A stretch of DNA of 45,811 bases from a virus. Its lineage: Duplodnaviria; Caudoviricetes. Below are positions 35,696-44,222 of the stretch, piece by piece (the first letter of the stretch is position 1; every line of letters begins with the position of its first letter). Location of the stretch: positions 1-45,811 of the IMG/VR virus record IMGVR_UViG_3300032212_000028; one strand, written 5' to 3'. The notes beneath the pieces are model-generated. The model had not been told where the DNA came from and did no database searches. It saw only the letters and a list, made by a program, of their open reading frames with translations. The position numbers were made by a program, and so were the translations under genes.

Positions 35696-36181
35696 TCAAA
35701 AAGGAATATCGTCATCGAAAGAGTTGTTAAAATCAACTGGCTGTTGTTGTGCTCTGTTTGCATCGTTTTGATATTGAATGCTTTCTGATGATTGGCTTTG
35801 TTGCTGTGCAGGTTTTCCGCTTTGATTTCTATCAGTCTTACTTCCTAACATTTGCATCTCACCGTTAAATGCATCAACGACAATCTTTGTAGAATATTTA
35901 TCCTGCCCTGTGTTTTTATCTTGATACTTTTCAACCGTGAATTTTCCAGCAATGTAGATCTTGTCTCCTTTTTTTACATATTTTTGAGATATTTCAGCTA
36001 GCTTGCCAAACATGGTCACTGGTATCCAGTTGCATTTTTCGACCTTCTTACCGTCTCTACCCTTCCAGCTTTCATTTGATGCAATAGATAAACTTGTTAT
36101 AGCCTTACCGTCAGGAGTAAATCTTGTTTCAACCGTTCCCACATTTCCTATGAATTCGCATCTGTTTAAATCATTTGCCAT
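35696..36181 (-). CDS. ssb: Single-stranded DNA-binding protein
   Basis: LNRCEFIGNVG...W..VTMFGKLAE...KKGDKIYIAG; C-terminal DDDIPF. Confidence 0.97.
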   Translation of the reverse strand: MANDLNRCEFIGNVGTVETRFTPDGKAITSLSIASNESWKGRDGKKVEKCNWIPVTMFGKLAEISQKYVKKGDKIYIAGKFTVEKYQDKNTGQDKYSTKIVVDAFNGEMQMLGSKTDRNQSGKPAQQQSQSSESIQYQNDANRAQQQPVDFNNSFDDDIPF

Positions 36182-36300
36182 TTATAGCCTCTACATGTTT
36201 TTTTAAAAATAAATTGAACTGCTTGTTAATATAATCATCGTAAAACTTATTGTTTCGATTGTTCTGATTTTGTTTCCATTTCAGCTTACTCATAAGTTAC

Positions 36301-37125
36301 CTAGTAGTTAATAGTTACTCTATCGGTTTTAGTTAAAGCAATGACAACCTTCTTAGCTAAGTCGTTATCTAGACCGCAAGACTTAATTAAGTGTTCTTTT
36401 ATTTCACCGCGAACCTTGCCAACGTGCTTTTTGTTCGCTTCAAGCTTGCGTAATTTTTCTTCTTCTGCTTCTTTTTCTTGCTCTTGACGTAAAATTTCAG
36501 CTTGCTTTGCTTGCTTGGCTGCGAGTTCAATATCTTTTAACCTACGCTGTTCGGCTTTTTCAGCATCAATTATAGCTTGTTCCGCATCTGCTTTAGCCTG
36601 TTTTTGAGCTTGTATTTTATCCAGCTCAGCCTGTTCTGCTTTTTTCTCAGATTCTAGCCTTGCTTGTCTAGCGATTTCATCGTCTCGTTCTTTTTGTATG
36701 TTGATTTCTTGCTGTATTTTGAAATCATGCAGTTCGTTCATTGATATAGCTTCTTCGTGCATTATAGGCATTTCTGCGGCTAAATCCTTTGCAGCTTGAA
36801 TTTCTTTTTCTTTTGCTAACTGCTTTTCTCGGACAATTTTATATTCACTGATCAACAATGTGAAAGGCTTGTTCGCCTCTTCTAACCTATTTTTTATCAA
36901 TAAAGCTTCATCTTCTACCATTACTCCATATTCTTTCTTTATATCAATCCTTGCTCTATCGACTTTTTTTAGCAATCCATTTATTAGAGACGCATGATCT
37001 TTTACAAACTTACGCTCTTCTTTGTTTTCCATTTCAACATAGAGACCGTCATACTTAGATGCTTTTTCCTCAAGATCAGACAATGCTTTTTCTGTTGTTA
37101 TTTCTTTAAATAACACAATGCTCAT
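36301..37125 (-). CDS. Long coiled-coil protein in the recombination module
   Basis: E/K/A/Q-rich; C-terminal EANKKHVGKV...VTINY. Confidence 0.7.
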   Translation of the reverse strand: MSIVLFKEITTEKALSDLEEKASKYDGLYVEMENKEERKFVKDHASLINGLLKKVDRARIDIKKEYGVMVEDEALLIKNRLEEANKPFTLLISEYKIVREKQLAKEKEIQAAKDLAAEMPIMHEEAISMNELHDFKIQQEINIQKERDDEIARQARLESEKKAEQAELDKIQAQKQAKADAEQAIIDAEKAEQRRLKDIELAAKQAKQAEILRQEQEKEAEEEKLRKLEANKKHVGKVRGEIKEHLIKSCGLDNDLAKKVVIALTKTDRVTINY

Positions 37126-37718
37126 TTCTTTTCACCTTGTTTTTTATGGCCCCATGAGAACCTGTTGATATATTCATCACCATTTTTGCTAACGGCTGAT
37201 AAATACGACAATTTGCCGCCTTCAAATTCTGAATACCACATCCAGCTTTTCAATCTTAGATCATAACCAGGCATAGGAGATGGGTTGCCGTAGCGATCTT
37301 TTTTCTTTTCATTTAAGTACCATTCACACCCTTGCGGAGAATTTCCACCACCCCTCAAAGGTATAGATATCACTGGATAATCATAAAGCTCACGACCTAT
37401 GCCCCAGTTAAATCCAGAACGCTTAAACGAGTCGCTAGCAAGTCCTTTTTCAGCCTCAGCGTTACTTTCAGTTCCAGTATCTTCTTTACCTACCCACTCT
37501 TTAATCTCTTGGCTGTAGATAGATATAGTGCAGTTTCGATTGTCCCTTGAATGCTCGCGCTTCCAATATAAAGGAGTACATACCTCATCTAGCCTTTGCA
37601 TATCACATCTAGCATCTTTATAAGCTAGAATTGTTGCGTAACCACCCCTATTGATAGATTGTAATCTAAACTCAATCTGATCTATTTTTAGTGGTTCTGA
37701 TAGCTTAGTTAGATCCAT
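37122..37718 (-). CDS. Sak/Rad52-22 family single-strand annealing protein
   Basis: LAYKDAR..M.RLDEV...KEDTG.E...EKG.ASDSFKR....WGIGRELY. Confidence 0.92.
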   Translation of the reverse strand: MDLTKLSEPLKIDQIEFRLQSINRGGYATILAYKDARCDMQRLDEVCTPLYWKREHSRDNRNCTISIYSQEIKEWVGKEDTGTESNAEAEKGLASDSFKRSGFNWGIGRELYDYPVISIPLRGGGNSPQGCEWYLNEKKKDRYGNPSPMPGYDLRLKSWMWYSEFEGGKLSYLSAVSKNGDEYINRFSWGHKKQGEKK

Positions 37719-37932
37719 GATAATACCTATCTTCGATATTTAATATATTGTTTAATAAGTGGTCTGTAGATGAGTTTGTTTGATCTGACTCGTACAATCT
37801 GCCATATTCATTCACAACGTTTTCAAAATTAATACCTTGTAATTCACATGATACTTGAGCCTGTTCTTGTGTATATTTACCTTCATACCAAGCCAGTGCA
37901 ATATTATTTTCATGTTCGGTTGTTTCACTCAC
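37705..37932 (-). CDS. Hypothetical acidic protein
   Basis: GTG start with GGAGG SD. Confidence 0.55.
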   Translation of the reverse strand: MSETTEHENNIALAWYEGKYTQEQAQVSCELQGINFENVVNEYGRLYESDQTNSSTDHLLNNILNIEDRYYHGSN

Positions 37933-38024
37933 TTACAAACCCTCCATATAACCCATACAAGACATAGCTATGATAATAAATGCAATAGCTATCCAAAATT
38001 GAATATCTTCTTTAGTTGATTTTT

Positions 38025-38339
38025 TCATTCTTCACCACGTATTATTTCAATAATAACCTCATCAAGGATACTCTCATCAAAATCAATAACATCATATTCC
38101 AAACCTATAACCCTTGGTGCGCTCTTGTGATTTATTGTTATCCCTGCCTGCGTGTGTCTGTCACCGTGTTCAATATCGCAGTTATAATGAAGAATCAAAT
38201 GGTCAAACGGAACATCAATTGTTAACTCAAACAAATCCTCGTTATCGTGATAACCTTCGCTTAATTTGTCAGATAATCCCAACTTTTCGACAGGAACTAT
38301 AATTGTTATCGGTATTAGTCTGTTCATTTCCACTCCCAT
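38025..38339 (-). CDS. Hypothetical acidic protein
   Basis: Follows the HTH gene; D/E-rich. Confidence 0.55.
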   Translation of the reverse strand: MGVEMNRLIPITIIVPVEKLGLSDKLSEGYHDNEDLFELTIDVPFDHLILHYNCDIEHGDRHTQAGITINHKSAPRVIGLEYDVIDFDESILDEVIIEIIRGEE

Positions 38340-38521
38340 ATTTCTTTAACGTCAAGCTTAAATACATCACTGATTTTGTAAGCTGTTTTTAGTCGAATAT
38401 GATTATTTTCTTGCTCTGCATTGTGAGCAGTTGATAGGCTAATACCGGCTTTGTAAGCCAAGTCTCTTTGACTCATTCCGCTATCGATTCTTAATTTTTT
38501 TAACTTGTTGTTAATAGCCAT
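38324..38521 (-). CDS. XRE/Cro-like HTH regulator
   Basis: LKKLR..SGMSQRDLA.KAGIS..T....E...A.KIS.VF. Confidence 0.92.
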   Translation of the reverse strand: MAINNKLKKLRIDSGMSQRDLAYKAGISLSTAHNAEQENNHIRLKTAYKISDVFKLDVKEIWEWK

Positions 38522-38547
38522 TTACTTTCCTTCTTTGATTTCAGATA

Positions 38548-38576
38548 AGTATATATACTCCTTTTCGCGAATGCAA
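38548..38576 (-). promoter_or_regulatory. Sigma70 promoter of the HTH/recombination operon
   Basis: TTGCAT-17-TATACT. Confidence 0.7.
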
Positions 38577-38767
38577 GTATTATTTTAAGAATTCATACCC
38601 TTTTGCATAGTTAATTCTCTTTTTGAAACGTTTAGACTTAGCTGTTTCTTTGCCTTTATTCGATAATTCGGATAGTAATCTTCTTGCTGTACCGTATGTC
38701 ATGTTCTCGTAGTGACGGCGTAAACAAGCTTTTCTGAATTCTTCTGTGTTGTTTGGTTTAGTTGTTG

Positions 38768-39040
38768 TCATTTTTTAATTATTTCACCGAGCTTTAAAAT
38801 ATAAACTTTTTCATCAGGAGCGCCCCAAGATTTATTCCCAAACCCTTTGATTAATTCATTGTATTCAACTAAAACTCTAGGTGCATTCTTACTATAGCCA
38901 TTCCTAAACAAAATAGAATCGTATTCTTTATGTAGTCGCTTAACCCAGTAATCTTTAATTTCTCGATATTCTTCTTTTTTCTCGCCACTCGTGATCATGT
39001 CGAACCATTTCTTTTTAAGCGTTAAGTGTAGTATTTTCAT
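38768..39040 (-). CDS. ASCH-domain protein
   Basis: [23 protein letters not shown]...FRNGY. Confidence 0.85.
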   Translation of the reverse strand: MKILHLTLKKKWFDMITSGEKKEEYREIKDYWVKRLHKEYDSILFRNGYSKNAPRVLVEYNELIKGFGNKSWGAPDEKVYILKLGEIIKK

Positions 39041-39747
39041 TCTATTAGCTTCTTATTTTCATAAATATTTTCGATAACCTCTGCCTCATCATCTTGGTTT
39101 AAAGTCCAATCTAAATCAAAAGCTCCGTCGTCTCCGAAATATTCATCGTCTATTTTATTCCATAACATAAATCTAGAGCCACTATAAACAACATAACCCT
39201 CATAAGATTTATCATTACCAAAGCAATCGAACACCACGAAAGATAAAATATCACCTTCAAATATCTTGACTCCATTCTTGTCGGTTAGTCCGGTAAAACA
39301 CCCACGATACTCAAACTTCCCCCTCCTAAATGTTTTTGATATTAATTGATTAAGTGTATATATTTGAGTTAATCTTCTATCTTTATCATAAAATCTATAT
39401 TGTTTTTCATTAAACTCCTTGGATAAGCATACGAATTGGCCGTTTTTATTTCTTTCCCCTAAATGCCCTTTTGCGTGGTCTTTAGGGTTCGATAATTTTA
39501 GATTTTCAATCCTATTATCGTCCCTTATTCCATTTTCGTGATGAACGAGTTCAACTCTAGGCAATAGATATCTTTTTAACTGGTTTTCCATAATAAGCCT
39601 ATGTTCTGGAACGTACCCTCGCCCATTACAGTAAGGATGATTTATTGTTTTTTGTAAAATATATCCATTTTGTTTGTAGCAACCTTTCGATCCTTTCCTT
39701 ACCGATACCTTACTTTTATCCCACGCTCGAAACAATAACTCTCTCAT
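39037..39747 (-). CDS. YopX-family protein with in-frame HNH endonuclease
   Basis: YopX motifs [28 protein letters not shown] and EVIENIYEN flank the HNH motif EHRLIME...[16 protein letters not shown]. Confidence 0.85.
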   Translation of the reverse strand: MRELLFRAWDKSKVSVRKGSKGCYKQNGYILQKTINHPYCNGRGYVPEHRLIMENQLKRYLLPRVELVHHENGIRDDNRIENLKLSNPKDHAKGHLGERNKNGQFVCLSKEFNEKQYRFYDKDRRLTQIYTLNQLISKTFRRGKFEYRGCFTGLTDKNGVKIFEGDILSFVVFDCFGNDKSYEGYVVYSGSRFMLWNKIDDEYFGDDGAFDLDWTLNQDDEAEVIENIYENKKLIE

Positions 39748-40262
39748 TTCTCAAACTCTGCTTTAATGTCTTTAGTGTTGGCGTATAAATGCACTGGCGG
39801 TCTATCCCAATATCTATGCGAAAACTCAACCACACACGAACCTCGGTTGTTACCGGTGTATGGTTTTCCATTGTCAGGTCGAATAAAGCTAACTCTACCG
39901 ATTAAATGAATTATTGTTGTTGCGTGACGGCTGATTAAATCAAACCTTTCCTCACCATTAAAGTCAGGAATAAGAAAAACAGTAGTGAACCCGAACTTAG
40001 CCTCCTCTATCGCTTTTTCTATCCAAGGATTAATTTTTGAATAAGGTGGATTACAAAATCCTACAAGGATATCAAATTCAGGATCGAACCATATAGCACT
40101 AAGCGCGTCATATTTTTTATCATAGCTTTCAGCGCATAGCTTATTATTTTGATCGGACGCAAGATCAATTTCAAACCTGTATTTACTATTTAACCAGTCA
40201 AACAACCATGGCGGCGTTTGGAGTGAATCTTTATCGAAGCTTCTATCTTTTGGCTCAAACAT
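39744..40262 (-). CDS. Phage DNA N6-adenine methyltransferase (Dam-like)
   Basis: QTPPWLF..L...F.IDLA...FCNPPYS.I.PWIEKA. Confidence 0.9.
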   Translation of the reverse strand: MFEPKDRSFDKDSLQTPPWLFDWLNSKYRFEIDLASDQNNKLCAESYDKKYDALSAIWFDPEFDILVGFCNPPYSKINPWIEKAIEEAKFGFTTVFLIPDFNGEERFDLISRHATTIIHLIGRVSFIRPDNGKPYTGNNRGSCVVEFSHRYWDRPPVHLYANTKDIKAEFEK

Positions 40263-40543
40263 TATCTATTTATCCTTCTTTATTCTGGTGGATTGTGGTT
40301 TGTTAGCGCAAACTCTAAAGCATCATCTATGTCACAAAATATATTCTCGTCGATTGAAAATGTATTATCTGTATATGATAAATATGGCAAATCTATTTTT
40401 TCCATTTTAAAATCATAGTGAGTTTGTAATAAATTTGCTTTTCGATTATATAAATCTTTTTGCATTGAAGATATTTGACTCTCTATCAATTCGATACATG
40501 CAATTCTTTTGCTTGCTTCTTTATACCCTATATCAGGCATTCT

Positions 40544-40738
40544 CTATTCCTTATGTTTGGTTAAATATTTATCGATTTGGCTGGCGCGACTGAATAATAT
40601 ATTAGCAAGCCCTCTTTTATGTATACATTGGCAGCCGCTATTTGTTCCTACGCCTTCGTTCTTTTTCACTAGGCAGTTATTACTTGAGCATCCGCTCATA
40701 CCCTTAAATAAAATATCTTTTATTGGCGTATCACCCAC
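40544..40738 (-). CDS. Small Cys-containing protein
   Basis: GCSSNNC...GVGTNSGCQC motif. Confidence 0.55.
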   Translation of the reverse strand: MGDTPIKDILFKGMSGCSSNNCLVKKNEGVGTNSGCQCIHKRGLANILFSRASQIDKYLTKHKE

Positions 40739-40964
40739 CTTACTTTCCTCTCTGTTGTTTAAGATTCATTATTAATCCATGATTAAGTCGAACCCAGACG
40801 ATGCACCAATAACAAATCCGTCAAGAGTCCAGTGAAATGTTGAAAAACCCTCAGCACTGTTAACATGTCCGCAAATATAACCGTTTGCCAAGTATTTTAG
40901 ATCTGCTTTAAATCCGTTTTTTGTTGTATATTTTTTACCTACAATATATTGCTCACCCATTCTT

Positions 40965-41195
40965 TTATTCCTCTTTAGTCTGTTGGTTTTTTATTACAGC
41001 TCGCCCTTTTTCACCAACTTGCAAGCAAAGACGTGATTCAAACTCGTCATTGTACTGAATAACCCATTGATCAGCTATATCCAATCTCTCTGGATGAAAA
41101 ACAATAACTCCCTCCTGACCGCTTGGATGTACCAAAACACAACCACTGTAAATTTCGTTTCCTTTGAAATCCTTATATGGCGATTTAATATCCAT
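40965..41195 (-). CDS. Small YopX-like SH3-type protein
   Basis: KDFKGNEIYSG resembles the YopX D.NG.EIYEG motif; AGGAG SD. Confidence 0.5.
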   Translation of the reverse strand: MDIKSPYKDFKGNEIYSGCVLVHPSGQEGVIVFHPERLDIADQWVIQYNDEFESRLCLQVGEKGRAVIKNQQTKEE

Positions 41196-41226
41196 TCTAT
41201 TCTCCTTATTTAAGTTAATACGGTTA

Positions 41227-41628
41227 CTATTTAATCTCTAATCCTACTATCTTTTTGCATTCATCGAATGGGGTTCCGTATCTAGCTTTAATCATATTCG
41301 CGCACTTTAGCTTCATGCCATCACTTGTCTCGCTCTCTTTAACTTCCTTTGCTCTTTCCTCGCCATTCTCTGACTTATTGCTCATTAACTCTTTGTGTTT
41401 TTCGTTAATATTTTCCGGTTCGGTCGCTTCTATTCCATGAGCGGATTCGCTACTTCTAACCATGTTTTTGAATTTGGTTGATGCGTCATCGACTGTTTTA
41501 CCTAAATGCCTCTCAATAAAAACTTTACCAATTCGGTTTAGCTGCTCTTGAGTAAATCCAGCATTCAATAGCGCACTGCTAGTTTTACGATGAGGTCGCC
41601 AGTTAAATGATATTACTTCGCTAGTCAT
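41227..41628 (-). CDS. Possible DnaT-like replication/primosome protein
   Basis: ISFNWRP...L...G......F.......KF...V loosely resembles the DnaT DNA-binding domain. Confidence 0.35.
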   Translation of the reverse strand: MTSEVISFNWRPHRKTSSALLNAGFTQEQLNRIGKVFIERHLGKTVDDASTKFKNMVRSSESAHGIEATEPENINEKHKELMSNKSENGEERAKEVKESETSDGMKLKCANMIKARYGTPFDECKKIVGLEIK

Positions 41629-41636
41629 TTTTAATC

Positions 41637-41825
41637 TTAGCTTGGTTTGCAGTGGCTATCTAAAACACGAAGAAGATTGTCATAATCTCCGCTTTTAGCA
41701 TCATCAAGAACTTTAGATATTTCATCATCAGACCAGTTCTCACGTTTTGCCTGTCTTTGAAACGCTCCCATTAACGAAAATGCATTTCCATCGATACCTA
41801 ATAAATTCAAATTAACTGTTTTCAT
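41637..41825 (-). CDS. Small conserved phage protein (DGNAF motif)
   Basis: GIDGNAFSLMG...SGDYDNLL; GAGGA SD. Confidence 0.7.
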   Translation of the reverse strand: MKTVNLNLLGIDGNAFSLMGAFQRQAKRENWSDDEISKVLDDAKSGDYDNLLRVLDSHCKPS

Positions 41826-41930
41826 TTGTTTATCCTCTTTGTTTGATTTATATTTAACCGCCTTTCTCCTTAAACCCTACCAAGGGAGACATTACTGTCC
41901 GGATACTCGTTCTACTTCTAGTACTGCAAA

Positions 41931-42240
41931 TGAGTTACATTTAAACAATATTCTTGCTATCAACAGATAACATACAAACCTTTATTTCAGAACTAACAAT
42001 CGATGACGCGGTAGATATCCATTTGTTAGATATTAAGAAACTATCCTTAGTTAATACGTTTAGAGCCAGCACGGCATTTAGATTCATTCTTGCTGATATA
42101 GATTATTAATCTAATTAAGGACTATTTAAGATAACATAACGTAGATATCTGCTGGTTTTGAGAAGCTGTTAATAAGTCTGAAAATAAACAAATGAAACTT
42201 ATTAATTTCTATCTCGTAGCACTAGCTAAACTAATGCTCA
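41931..42240 (+). other. ~300 nt imperfect rod-like hairpin in non-coding DNA
   Basis: Nested inverted segments all centred near 42081-42090. Confidence 0.65.
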
Positions 42241-42284
42241 AATATCTACTTTATATTATCTATTCTGAGGTAAGTTTATATATT

Positions 42285-42374
42285 TGGCAGAAGGTGCGGG
42301 ATTCGAACCCGCGTGACACACAATGGTCGCATTCCTTAGCAGGGAAGCCCGATAATCCACTCTGGCAACCTTCT
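42285..42374 (-). tRNA. tRNA-Ser(GCT)
   Basis: AGAAGGT/ACCTTCT acceptor, CT-GCT-AA loop, long variable arm, GGGTTCGAATCCC, discriminator G, encoded CCA. Confidence 0.95.
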
Positions 42375-42380
42375 GTTATT

Positions 42381-42470
42381 TGGCGGAAGACCTGGGATTC
42401 GAACCCAGAAGCCCAATCAAGGACTGACGGTTTTCAAGACCGCTGCAATTGCCATTTCTGCCAATCTTCC
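42381..42470 (-). tRNA. tRNA-Ser(TGA)
   Basis: GGAAGAT/GTCTTCC acceptor, CT-TGA-AA loop, long variable arm, GGGTTCGAATCCC, G-CCA. Confidence 0.95.
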
Positions 42471-42488
42471 AATATATAATCACTTTAT

Positions 42489-42654
42489 TAGACTGCTTAA
42501 GAGAGCTATCTAGGATGTTTCATTTGCTCAGTGTAGTAAGGATTTACATATAAGTCTATTGCTGTGTACACTCAACTTATACAACCGCTTTCACTGTAAA
42601 TCAATCAACACCTACGCACCCGTATTTATCTAGCTAGCTCTATTAAACAGTCTA
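42489..42654 (-). ncRNA. Putative 166 nt structured RNA
   Basis: 25 bp closing inverted repeat (22/25 complementary) plus inner stems GATTTACA/TGTAAATC and TATAAGT/ACTTATA. Confidence 0.6.
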
Positions 42655-42665
42655 TTTGCTTTGAA

Positions 42666-42740
42666 TGGTATGCCTGTTAGAACGCCAAATACCGCCTCGC
42701 TCTGCTGCGGTTGGGAGTCGAACCCAAATCTAACAGGCAT
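42666..42740 (-). ncRNA. Permuted tRNA-like RNA ending in ACCA
   Basis: 12 bp stem ATGCCTGTTAGA/TCTAACAGGCAT, T-arm TTGGG-TTCGACT-CCCAA, 3' ACCA. Confidence 0.65.
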
Positions 42741-42875
42741 AAAAAAACCTTTTAAAAAGCAAACCTCAGTCGTAATAGCGTTTAGTTACCCTGACATGGT
42801 TAAAACTAAGGCTCTGATAATTTGCTTGTTAAAAGGCTCTCAATATGTCAGGGTTTTACTATGCGCTGTACGATC
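42741..42875 (-). promoter_or_regulatory. Attenuator-like leader with two interleaved helices (c4-a1b1-like)
   Basis: ACCCTGACAT/ATGTCAGGGT interleaved with CCTTTTAACAAGCAAA/TTTGCTTTTTAAAAGG followed by T7. Confidence 0.6.
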
Positions 42876-42884
42876 AGCAATTAC

Positions 42885-42912
42885 ATTATAATGTATTTCC
42901 TCCTGTTTTCAA
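42885..42912 (-). promoter_or_regulatory. Sigma70 promoter for the RNA cluster
   Basis: TTGAAA-16-TATAAT. Confidence 0.55.
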
Positions 42913-43005
42913 GTTTTTTCTTAATTGGTTTTCAATTGATTTTAAGATTTTTATCTCTTTTTTTATTTTTAGAAGTTCTTTATATTTTTGGACTGTTGTT
43001 TTCAT
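42886..43005 (-). CDS. 39 aa very basic peptide (not in ORF track)
   Basis: AGGAG SD; MKTTVQKYKELLKIKKEIKILKSIENQLRKNLKTGGNTL. Confidence 0.45.
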   Translation of the reverse strand: MKTTVQKYKELLKIKKEIKILKSIENQLRKNLKTGGNTL

Positions 43006-43470
43006 CTTACTCCTATCCTATTTTCAAAATTTTATTTAAGATTACTGAAATACGGTATTAACTATTACCCAAGTGATGCTTGAACCTGCAATCATCCCGT
43101 ATATAAACCAAATAGCTAGATATGATGCCGCAACGTCCTTATACTTATCCACCTGCTTTACGAGCTTAATATTTTTTTTCATTAGCTCTATTTCGCAATC
43201 GGTTAATTTACTCATCTCAACATTCCTCTTTATGTGTAAAAAGCGACATGAAATTTAACGCTTTCTATATCTTCAACTCTGCCGTCGATATTATCCACAG
43301 AAAAATAAACGTCCTCAAGCTCAGCCTCTCCCAGATGGCCTTGAGCTTTATCGACACAAAAATCATAAAGCGCTTTTCTAACTTCATCATCTGTTAGTGT
43401 TACTATCATCTCAACCTTCCTCTTTGATTATACTTAAATTGTTTAACGCTTCCATAGTGCCAGGTATGAC

Positions 43471-43974
43471 CTATGTGGTTTCTTTTGCGAACTCACCGTA
43501 TATCTCAAATCTTTTTTTGCATACTGCGGTTTCAGCGTCTCTGATGTCTTCAAACGTACCTAAATGTATCCGCTTTTTGTTGTTTTTTATAAATGCTATC
43601 CATTTTTTACCAAACTTACTAACTCCTTTTATTCCTGAAGTGTTGTCTTTTCTAAGTTTTGCGTTTATACCATTTTGGGACTTAGTGGCGCATCTTAAGT
43701 TTTCAACCCTGTTATCTGTTTTAATTCTATTTATATGATCTATATATTGTGGCAAATAACCATAATGATATAAAAATATTAAACGGTGGGCTTTATAGGC
43801 TTTTCTATTAACAGTTATAGAGATATACCCAGAACCTCCTAGGCATCCGGCTATAGATCCATCTGGAATTCCTGAACGAGGTGATAAAATCCAATAAAGA
43901 CTGCCATCTCTGTAATTAAACAATTCTCTTAATTGTTGTTTATTTATTGGTTTTTTATGTTCTTCTATGCTCAT
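43471..43974 (-). CDS. HNH-AP2 homing endonuclease
   Basis: YKAHRLIF...IDHINRIKTDNRVENLR...N; NTSGIKGV...W.A.I...HLGTF...YGEFA. Confidence 0.95.
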   Translation of the reverse strand: MSIEEHKKPINKQQLRELFNYRDGSLYWILSPRSGIPDGSIAGCLGGSGYISITVNRKAYKAHRLIFLYHYGYLPQYIDHINRIKTDNRVENLRCATKSQNGINAKLRKDNTSGIKGVSKFGKKWIAFIKNNKKRIHLGTFEDIRDAETAVCKKRFEIYGEFAKETT

Positions 43975-44222
43975 GGTTTAACCTCCACTAACACCATTTC
44001 ATCTTCAAACACTCCAATCTCTTCGCTATCAGACAGCCGCTTAACCTGCATTTTGATTTCTTTCGCTTCTTCGTCAGGAGTAAGCCCAACAACCCTGCAT
44101 CTCCCGCCTGCCCAGTACCCCATTGGCAGTGTCACAACTTCCATGCCGATGAGTTTATTTTCAAAGCATTTAACTAATTCGCTCGCAGAATATGAATCGT
44201 ATTCTTTTATTTCTATATTCAC
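43971..44222 (-). CDS. Hypothetical protein
   Basis: AAGGAG SD with GTG start. Confidence 0.55.
   Translation of the reverse strand: MNIEIKEYDSYSASELVKCFENKLIGMEVVTLPMGYWAGGRCRVVGLTPDEEAKEIKMQVKRLSDSEEIGVFEDEMVLVEVKP

Noticed and set aside
38324-38521. Lysogeny switch
   Set aside because: Single Cro-like HTH with no divergent CI, integrase or partition genes.
41830-42280. CRISPR mini-array in the non-coding region
   Set aside because: Only 9 bp repeats in two copies with irregular spacing; no repeat-spacer periodicity.
42381-42470. Suppressor/Sec tRNA or recoded genetic code
   Set aside because: Anticodon TGA reads TCA (Ser), and genes are intact under the standard code with all three stops used.
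42489-42654. Retron or DGR system
   Set aside because: The inverted repeats resemble a1/a2, but no reverse transcriptase is recognisable and no adenine-variant TR/VR pair was seen near the tail genes.
42192-42891. ORFs 42192..42479 and 42661..42891
   Set aside because: They are reverse-complement translations of tRNA/T-arm sequence (RDSNP, WDSNP, WESNP signatures).
42886-43005. Second programmed frameshift in an A-run
   Set aside because: Counting the homopolymer shows the 39 aa ORF reads through in frame.
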